From: Planctomycetota bacterium
GTDB taxonomy: Bacteria > Planctomycetota > Planctomycetia > JALXBF01
Reading direction: 5' to 3'
DNA: 64,000 nt
NCBI GenBank assembly: GCA_026991575.1
Contig: JALXBF010000049.1
Span: 1-64,000, forward strand
Shown one piece after another: positions 57,050 to 64,000 of the stretch. The notes beneath the pieces are model-generated. The model was not told the origin of the DNA, ran no database searches, and saw only the letters and a program-made list of their open reading frames with translations. Position numbers and translations under genes: made by a program. Within the stretch, counting starts at the first letter, position 1. Each line of letters opens with the position of its first letter.

Positions 57050-58990
57050 ATGACCGACCAAGACATCGCCAGCCTCAACCAGCCGCCGCTCTACTGGCCA
57101 CAGGTCGGTGCCTTCCTGGAACCGTCCAACGGGTTCGTTTTCCGGGTGTGGGCCCCGAAGGCCAGGCGCGTCGACCTGATCTTCGACCACCGTCCGGATC
57201 GACCGTTACGCCTCGAACCACGCCCGGGCGGCTACTACGAGCTGATGGTCGATGAGCCACCCGAGGAAGGCACCCGCTACCGATACCGGCTCGACGGTGA
57301 AGGCTTGCACTCAGACCCTGCGTCACGCTGGCAGCCGGAGGGCGTCTTTGGCAGTTCGGCCGTGCTGCACCCGGATCGATTCCGGTGGCACGACGCCGAG
57401 TGGCAGGGTCCGGCGTTGGATGAACTGGTGCTTTATGAGCTACACGTCGGGACGTTCACGCCCGAAGGCACGTTTGATGCCGCAATCGAGCGGTTGGAAA
57501 CATTGCGCAAGCTAGGCGTAACCGCCATCCAGCTCATGCCCGTCGCGCAGTTCTCCGGACAGCGGAACTGGGGATACGACGGTGTGTTCCCGTTCGCCGT
57601 GCAGAACAGCTATGGCGGACCACACGGGCTGCAGCGCTTCGTCGATGCGTGTCACCAGGTCGGGCTGGCGGTCTTCGTTGACGTGGTCTACAACCACCTC
57701 GGCCCCGAAGGAAACTACTTCTGGGCCTTCGGGCACTACTTCAGCTCCCGGTACCGAACCCCCTGGGGCGATGCGCTCAACTTCGACGGTCCCCACTGCG
57801 ATGCCGTTCGAGCATTCGTGCTGCAGAATGCCCGGTACTGGATTCGCTATTTCCACATCGACGGTCTCCGGGTGGACGCCATCCACGCGATTATGGACAC
57901 GAGCGTCCAGCACATCTTGGCGGAACTGGCCACGGCCGTCCGGCTGGAAGCGCGGGCGGTGGGGCGAAACGTGCTGCTGATTTCGGAAAGCCACCTCAAC
58001 GACCCGCGCGTGCTCGACGACCAACAGCGACGCGGCTACGGGCACGATGCCCAGTGGGCAGACGACTTCCACCACGCGGTGCACGCGCTGTTGACCGGTG
58101 AACGGACCGGCTACTACGCGGACTACGGACGGCCCGAACAGCTCGTGAAGTGCCTGAACCAGAACTTCATCTTCGACGGCATCTACAGCCGCTTTCGCAG
58201 ACGACGTCACGGTGCCCCGGCAGGTTCGCACCCGGCACAGCGATTCGTCGTCTACATCCAGAACCATGACCAGGTAGGCAACCGGCCGCGGGGCGATCGG
58301 ATCGGACGGTTGCTATCGCCGCCGGCCTACCGCCTGGCAGCGTCACTCCTGCTGCTCAGCCCGTTCACGCCGCTGCTTTTCATGGGCGAGGAGTACGGTG
58401 AGACCAACCCGTTCCCTTTCTTTTGCGACTTCCGCGACGACCGACTACGGGCCGCCGTGCGGCGCGGCCGTCGTCAAGAAGCAGCTGCTTTCGGTTGGGA
58501 GGCAGAACCACTGGACCCGACGCGCGAAGAAACCTTCCGTGCCGCCGTCCTAAGCTGGCGGTGGGATGAGCCGAACCGCCGTGGCCTGCGTGCCCTGTAC
58601 GCTGATCTGCTCCGTGCCCGGCGGCAGTGGCCGGCCTTGCGTGACCGCCTTCACCGCCATGCCAACTTGATGGCGCACCCCGACCGAGAAGCGGTCGTGT
58701 TACGCCTTATCCGCGGTGACCGGCTCCCCGGCCCCGGGACCGCACTGTGCTACTTCAACTTGTCTCCTGTCGAGGTCCCGCTGCGCGACGAACGGTCACG
58801 CCGCGGCACGCGGGTGTTGTTCTCCAGCGAGCACCGCCGTTACGGCGGCCAGCTGCAGGCAATCCCCACGGAACGATTGCTACCGTATGAGTGCCGGGTT
58901 TACGGTAGCCCTGCCTGGTGGAGCCCGCTGACCGCGGACTCGGCCGCTTCGGCGGACAACGGCCCAGAAGAGCCCCGCGGAGTCCGATGA
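57050..58990 (+). CDS. treZ: Malto-oligosyltrehalose trehalohydrolase
   Basis: DPASRWQPEGV, YELHVGTFT, RNWGYDGV, DVVYNHLGPEGNY, RVDAIHAI, QNHDQVGNR. Confidence 0.95.
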   Translation: MTDQDIASLNQPPLYWPQVGAFLEPSNGFVFRVWAPKARRVDLIFDHRPDRPLRLEPRPGGYYELMVDEPPEEGTRYRYRLDGEGLHSDPASRWQPEGVFGSSAVLHPDRFRWHDAEWQGPALDELVLYELHVGTFTPEGTFDAAIERLETLRKLGVTAIQLMPVAQFSGQRNWGYDGVFPFAVQNSYGGPHGLQRFVDACHQVGLAVFVDVVYNHLGPEGNYFWAFGHYFSSRYRTPWGDALNFDGPHCDAVRAFVLQNARYWIRYFHIDGLRVDAIHAIMDTSVQHILAELATAVRLEARAVGRNVLLISESHLNDPRVLDDQQRRGYGHDAQWADDFHHAVHALLTGERTGYYADYGRPEQLVKCLNQNFIFDGIYSRFRRRRHGAPAGSHPAQRFVVYIQNHDQVGNRPRGDRIGRLLSPPAYRLAASLLLLSPFTPLLFMGEEYGETNPFPFFCDFRDDRLRAAVRRGRRQEAAAFGWEAEPLDPTREETFRAAVLSWRWDEPNRRGLRALYADLLRARRQWPALRDRLHRHANLMAHPDREAVVLRLIRGDRLPGPGTALCYFNLSPVEVPLRDERSRRGTRVLFSSEHRRYGGQLQAIPTERLLPYECRVYGSPAWWSPLTADSAASADNGPEEPRGVR

Positions 58991-59661
58991 AGATGGTGCC
59001 GGTGGCTGAGCTGCTTGTCCGCGTCCCGCACCATGACCAGTTGGCAGAGGCCTACGCGCAGTGCCGTGACGCGACCGAGCGGCTGGTCTTCGCAACCCTG
59101 CTGGGGATCGTCTCGCCCGGTCGGCTACCGGGCGTCGTTCACCGTGTGGCAGCAATGCTGGCGAAAGGATCGCCTACTGCCACATCGAGCCGAGGGTGGT
59201 TGGAACGGATCGTCTTTGGCCGTCCCAGCCGCACGGCCACCCTGGCGCCGGCACGTCGTCTGCTTGCGTGGTGGCAGGCCCAGGATCAGGATCGGATAGG
59301 TACCCCTCAGGCTGACACGATCACAGCTTGGATCGACGACCTGGTCCACGCCGGTGGCACGCCCGCTTACCTGGCGGCACGCGTTGCGCTACTGGTCTAC
59401 GGATGCCCGGTTCTGCCGCTGGACCGCCCGCTGTATCGTGTCTTCGTGCGGCATGGCTGGGCCGATCTGCCCGGTGACGCCGATGAGTCGGTGCCAGGAT
59501 ACCTGGTGTGCGCGGAGGTTTCGCACGAGCAGCTCCGTGCCCTGTACTTCGGTCTGCGACTGATTGCAGAGCGGCACTGCCGGACAAAGGCACCGAACTG
59601 CGAGCGTTGTGCCCTGCGCGAGCTGTTGCCGGAGGCCGGACCGCTGGAGCCAGAGTGGTAG
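58987..59661 (+). CDS. Divergent endonuclease III/HhH-GPD-like protein
   Basis: PVLPLDRPLYRVFVRHG and C-terminal HCRTKAPNCERC; ATG overlaps the treZ stop. Confidence 0.65.
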   Translation: MKMVPVAELLVRVPHHDQLAEAYAQCRDATERLVFATLLGIVSPGRLPGVVHRVAAMLAKGSPTATSSRGWLERIVFGRPSRTATLAPARRLLAWWQAQDQDRIGTPQADTITAWIDDLVHAGGTPAYLAARVALLVYGCPVLPLDRPLYRVFVRHGWADLPGDADESVPGYLVCAEVSHEQLRALYFGLRLIAERHCRTKAPNCERCALRELLPEAGPLEPEW

Positions 59662-59722
59662 TGTCAGCAAATCTATCGGCTTCTCCGGCGCGTCGGAGCA
59701 GTTGAGGTCGCCGGGCATGAGG

Positions 59723-60466
59723 TCACGACAGCACGTGGAGGCCTACGACGGCGACCAGAATGTCGTAGGCGGCATGAGCCCCCACCGCCAGGCCGAAACC
59801 TCGCAGGACGAAAATCGTCGAGAAGAAAACGCCCGCCACCAACCGGAAACTAAACGTGAAGCCGTCGAACGGTTCGGCACCCGGGCCCAGGTAGTGAGCC
59901 CCGGCGAAGGCGACCGAGGAGACGGCAATGGCAATGGCCGTGGCAAAGCGTGGCGAAGGCTGTACCTTGGACGCGATCCAGAGTACGGCCGGCAGCAGCA
60001 TCAGTCGGAAGATCGCCTCCTCGTAGATGCCGGCCCCCAGGTATCCGACCGACTGAACGAACCACGGTTTCAAGGCGAGCTCGTCCAGGATCGAGGCGGC
60101 CGGGGGAGCGGTCATCTTGACGTACAGCTGGTATTGGAGTTCGCCGACGAGAACCAGTGCGGCACCGAGCCCGATGCTTTCGCCGATCATCCCGAGAAAC
60201 ACTGGCAGTTCCAGCACCCAGGGATCTTTCTCGTAGATCTGCCAGCCAACCAGGATGGCGACGATCAGGCCGGGTACGATCCACGTCGACTCGATTCCGA
60301 TGTTGGCGAGCGTCCAGCGGAGCCAGGAATCGGCCGCACTGCGCACGCTGAATCCGTTGGTCTCGCCTATCAGCAGGACTCCGACCTCGTAAGCAATCAG
60401 CAACGGGAGCACGAAGAACAGGTTCGGCAGCGGACGCTTGGTCTTGTCCCAGTACTTCTCAGGCAT
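59723..60466 (-). CDS. CPBP (CAAX protease/Abi) intramembrane glutamic endopeptidase
   Basis: Multi-TM; YEEAIFR, FAGAHY, AHAAYD motifs. Confidence 0.85.
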   Translation of the reverse strand: MPEKYWDKTKRPLPNLFFVLPLLIAYEVGVLLIGETNGFSVRSAADSWLRWTLANIGIESTWIVPGLIVAILVGWQIYEKDPWVLELPVFLGMIGESIGLGAALVLVGELQYQLYVKMTAPPAASILDELALKPWFVQSVGYLGAGIYEEAIFRLMLLPAVLWIASKVQPSPRFATAIAIAVSSVAFAGAHYLGPGAEPFDGFTFSFRLVAGVFFSTIFVLRGFGLAVGAHAAYDILVAVVGLHVLS

Positions 60467-60947
60467 GGCACGTGTCCGAACGGGTCGCGTGCGGCAGGTT
60501 CGCTAGTGGGGGCGGAAGTCCGACAATTGCTGCACTCGCGTACACCAGCAGCAGACGGTTGAACCCAGTTCATAGGAATCGGCCTAACAACACGCGCCGG
60601 CCACGCGCTGAGCTGGATCGCAGGGTCGACGGTGCCAGCCCGAGCGGTTGTAACGAGCTGTGTCCTGCGGAGAGGCCCGCCGCGTCGTGGGCCACCTGGT
60701 TGTCTCCAAGTGCCGGGTCATCCCGCGGCCCGGTTAAGTTGGCTCCGTCTTCAGCGTCGCGCGCTACTGCCGCGTGGATTCCTGGCACGATGGGCAGAGC
60801 CCCGTGGGCGAGGCGCTCTGGGAAGTGTTGCCGGCCGAGCCCGCTAACCGTGCCGCCACTTACGGCGATCTGTCAGGAGGACCTCCGTCATGGACCGCCC
60901 CCCGCGCCAGGCCGGCCGTTCGGCCCAGACCATGGCCGCGGATGCCT

Positions 60948-61406
60948 CTAGCCGGGCACGCAGACGACGGGGATCATGGCAGCCCGCAACACTTTCTCCG
61001 CCGTGGAACCAAACAGCCACGCTTCGATGTCCTCGCGTTTGCGGCTGCCGCTGCCCATGACGATCATCCGGAAGTCGAGGTCGTGGGCGATGCGGAGGAT
61101 TTCGGCAAACGGCTTGCCGACGACGATCATTGGTTCGAACTCCACATCGTCCCGTTGCTGGCGCACGTCGGTCAGCAGCACATCGAGCTGCCGCTCTGCC
61201 TGGCTGCGAAGCTGGTCGATTGCCTGCTCGCGTGATGCAAAGCCGCTGTGCACGACCCGCTCCACGAAGTCGATGTCCACCACGTGCAGCACCAGCACCT
61301 CACTGCGCGGACCGACCAGTGACAGGGCAAAACGAAGTGCTCGCTCTGACGTGGGTGTGAAGTCGACGGGGACGAGCACGTCGCGAAACCGTTCGTCTGC
61401 AGCCAT
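60948..61406 (-). CDS. Universal stress protein
   Basis: VLVPVDFT, VLHVV, GKPFAEI, IVMGS, FGSTAEKVLR; start ATG 61406. Confidence 0.92.
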   Translation of the reverse strand: MAADERFRDVLVPVDFTPTSERALRFALSLVGPRSEVLVLHVVDIDFVERVVHSGFASREQAIDQLRSQAERQLDVLLTDVRQQRDDVEFEPMIVVGKPFAEILRIAHDLDFRMIVMGSGSRKREDIEAWLFGSTAEKVLRAAMIPVVCVPG

Positions 61407-61429
61407 CGCAACTTGCTCCTGAGTGCGGG

Positions 61430-62257
61430 TCACACGGATGTTCTTTCCGTCTTCGCTGCGGGCTCCTTGTTCACTGTAGCATAGCCTGACCGGTCCTGGT
61501 TTCCGTCGCTGGCCAGGTTTGCTTCTGCACGGTGCCGGGGCAACACCACGTGGCGATACGCTCGGGCTGAGCCGAATGCAGATCGGATCCGTTGCCACGC
61601 GTAGCGGGGGAATCGCTTGAGGTGGAAGTAGACGTAGCTCCAGGCGGCGACGGTGAGCATGGCGATCTTTCCAAGCAGGCCGAGCAACGGTCCACGCTTG
61701 CGTTCCTTGACGACGTGGAACATGCCGTCGAGCACGAAGTAGCGTACCGGAAAGCGGTTCAGGCGGCACAGGGAGTTCAGCGCTGCTTCGACCTTGTAGC
61801 CGTGCAGCTCGTCTGGCTCCAGCGCGTCGAACAGCTCGCGCCGCAGGGCACGTTCGCCGGTGAGCACGGGAAAGACGTGCAAGAACCACCAGTTGAGCCA
61901 CGGACCGCGATCAAACAGGCCACAGGCCATGACCGCCTCGCCGCGCCGCACTGGCTCGATCAAGCGTTCGACATGCTCGGGTTTCAAGCCGGTCAGGTCG
62001 GCATCCAGGAAGACGAGGATCTCTGCGTCGGCAGCGGCGGCGGCCCCCGCGCGCATCGCCTCACCCTTGCCCTGGTTCCGCTCCAGCCGGATCACCTGGA
62101 CGCCGGGCACGGACGCAGCTGCCTCCGCGGTCCGGTCCGCTGAACCGTCGTCCACGACGATGACACGGTCGACACCGCGTGCCTGGCGGGCAACGGCCGC
62201 GACCTGGGCCACCGTAGCTGCCTCGTTGTACGCCGGGATAATCACCGCAACGGCCAT
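61430..62257 (-). CDS. Glycosyltransferase family 2
   Basis: IIPAYNE, VVDDGSADRT, NQGKG, FLDAD; start ATG 62257. Confidence 0.9.
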   Translation of the reverse strand: MAVAVIIPAYNEAATVAQVAAVARQARGVDRVIVVDDGSADRTAEAAASVPGVQVIRLERNQGKGEAMRAGAAAAADAEILVFLDADLTGLKPEHVERLIEPVRRGEAVMACGLFDRGPWLNWWFLHVFPVLTGERALRRELFDALEPDELHGYKVEAALNSLCRLNRFPVRYFVLDGMFHVVKERKRGPLLGLLGKIAMLTVAAWSYVYFHLKRFPRYAWQRIRSAFGSARAYRHVVLPRHRAEANLASDGNQDRSGYATVNKEPAAKTERTSV

Positions 62258-62338
62258 GATCGCCTCCAGGCGGCGGTCGTAGCAACCGGCGTGCCGCACC
62301 GATACGATGAAAGAAGCACGCCGAGCGAGGCCTACGGA

Positions 62339-63196
62339 ATGCTACGTTTCGCGCTAGCTCAGATCGCGCCACGACTGGCACGCCTCCAGGAGAACCTGGC
62401 CCTGCACGTAGAGCTCGTGCAGCAGGCATTCGCCGCCGGGGCCGAAGTTGTCGTGTTCCCGGAACTGTCGCTTACAGGCTATTTCCTGCGGGATCTGGTT
62501 CCGGAGGTGGCGCTGCGGCGCGATGCGGCCCAGTTGGCAAAACTGGCCAGCCTGACCCGCGAAAAGGGGATGCTCGCCTTTGGGTTCGTGGAGGAAACCC
62601 CCGATTACCGCTACTTCAACGCGGTGGCAGTCTGCTGGCAAGGTTGCTTGCAGGGCGTTCATCGTAAGATCTACCTGCCCACCTACGGTATGTTCGACGA
62701 ACAGCGTTACTGGGCGGCTGGCCGATGCCTGCGCACTTTTGACTCCCCCTACGGCAAGATTGGCGTACTGATCTGTGAGGATGTCTGGCACCTGAGCCTT
62801 GTCGTATTGCTGGCGGCCCATGAGGTTGACTATGCCTTCTTCGTGGCCAACTCGCCGTTTCGTGGCCCGAGCAGCCCGGAGCCAGACCCGCAGCGTACCT
62901 GGCACGTGCTGAACGCGTGCGCGGCCATGCACCTGGCTGCGCCGGTGGCGTTCGTCAACCGAGCAGGCTGCGAGGAAGGGGTGATTTTTTGGGGCGGAAG
63001 CGAGTTTCTTAACCCGGACGGCACACTCCGTGCTCGGGCCGATCTGATCGATGAACAGCTGCTGATTGTGGAATACGATCCGCGGCAGACACGGCAGTAC
63101 CGGATCAGCACGCCGCTACGCCGGGACGAAAACCTGTTATTGACGTACCACGAACTTCAGAACCTGCTGGAACGACGGCACAGTGGCATCCGATGA
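62339..63196 (+). CDS. Carbon-nitrogen hydrolase, probable glutaminase partner of NAD synthetase
   Basis: FPELSLTGY, RKIYLPTYGMFDEQRY, ICEDVW (E-K-C triad); stop overlaps the nadE start. Confidence 0.88.
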   Translation: MLRFALAQIAPRLARLQENLALHVELVQQAFAAGAEVVVFPELSLTGYFLRDLVPEVALRRDAAQLAKLASLTREKGMLAFGFVEETPDYRYFNAVAVCWQGCLQGVHRKIYLPTYGMFDEQRYWAAGRCLRTFDSPYGKIGVLICEDVWHLSLVVLLAAHEVDYAFFVANSPFRGPSSPEPDPQRTWHVLNACAAMHLAAPVAFVNRAGCEEGVIFWGGSEFLNPDGTLRARADLIDEQLLIVEYDPRQTRQYRISTPLRRDENLLLTYHELQNLLERRHSGIR

Positions 63197-64000
63197 GCAC
63201 GACGCCGGCACAGACAAGAACGAAGGACCGTTTTCCGGTCCGCTTGATCACGGCCGATGCGCGAGCCGCAGCGGAGAAGCTGTTGCAGATCGACTGTCCG
63301 CTGGTCGCTCGCGTGCTCGAGCGATTCGTGCGTGACGAGGTGCTTCGCGCCGGGTTTCACCGTGTGATCGTTGGGCTGTCGGGCGGGGTCGATTCGTCGC
63401 TGTCGGCGTACGTGGCTGTCCGGGCCCTTGGTCGGGAGAACGTCATCGGTGTGCGGATGCCATACCGGACCTCCAGTGTCGAATCGCTCGCTCATGCCCA
63501 GCTTGTGGCCGACGACCTCGGGATCCGGCTCTTGACGGTACCGATCACCGCCCAGATCGATGCCTACTTTGCCCAGTTTCCCGACGCCGATCGCCTCCGC
63601 CGCGCCAACAAGATGGCGCGCGAACGCATGACCATCCTTTACGACCTGTCCATGGCCCACCACGCACTGGTGCTGGGCACGTCCAACAAGACGGAGCTGC
63701 TGCTGGGTTACGGTACGCAGTACGGCGACATGGCTTGCGCGCTCAACCCGCTGGGCGACCTGTATAAGTCGCAGGTCTGGCTGCTGGCCCGCTGGATTGG
63801 GGTCCCGGAGGTCATCGTACACAAGCCGCCAACGGCGGACCTGTGGATCGGTCAGACCGACGAAGCGGAACTTGGCCTGCGTTACCGCGACGTAGACCGG
63901 CTGCTGGTGCTGATGATCGACGCCCGCTGGACCAAGTCGATGCTGATTGAGGGGGGCTTCGCGCCAGAGTTCATCGAGGATGTGGCCGAACGGGTGCGAC
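63193..64000 (+). CDS. nadE: NAD+ synthase, 3' end cut by the window (absent from the ORF track)
   Basis: Read by hand: VGLSGGVDSS, ANKMARERM, GTSNKTELLLGYGTQYGD, PLGDLYKSQV, KPPTADLWIGQTDE. Confidence 0.93.
   Translation, partial: MSTTPAQTRTKDRFPVRLITADARAAAEKLLQIDCPLVARVLERFVRDEVLRAGFHRVIVGLSGGVDSSLSAYVAVRALGRENVIGVRMPYRTSSVESLAHAQLVADDLGIRLLTVPITAQIDAYFAQFPDADRLRRANKMARERMTILYDLSMAHHALVLGTSNKTELLLGYGTQYGDMACALNPLGDLYKSQVWLLARWIGVPEVIVHKPPTADLWIGQTDEAELGLRYRDVDRLLVLMIDARWTKSMLIEGGFAPEFIEDVAERVR

Noticed and set aside
60467..60947. 480-bp gap between the CPBP and USP genes
   Set aside because: Only low-complexity ORFs and short GC stems; nothing I can support

Overview
A GC-rich bacterial chromosomal segment, densely coding. 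The PVC-type CxxCH heme protein, Pro-rich orphan TolC, ECF/anti-sigma pair and large secreted hypotheticals suggest Planctomycetota, possibly thermophilic (inference). It holds about 50 CDS and two tRNAs (Gly-CCC, Lys-TTT); I found no integrase, transposase, phage gene or CRISPR array. Main blocks: (1) a five-gene operon at 10.9-18.2 kb with a heavy-metal P1B-type ATPase fused to an HflK-like SPFH domain, a His-rich HflC, an HflK, a small membrane-anchored protein and an SppA protease. This is the most unusual system here and may be an FtsH-independent SPFH cage built around a metal pump. (2) A minus-strand run citG-like / archease / rtcB / methyltransferase / STN-like protein / comDE-like. 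(3) A split ArgZ/AgrE-like pair (TIGR00300 protein and amidinotransferase) flanking a GNAT, an M16 peptidase pair and a DRG-like GTPase. (4) A glycogen/trehalose cluster glgX-glgE-mak-glgB-DUF5752-treT-treZ. (5) A nitrilase-family gene coupled to nadE, cut by the window end. All family calls come from motif recognition by eye, not database searches.
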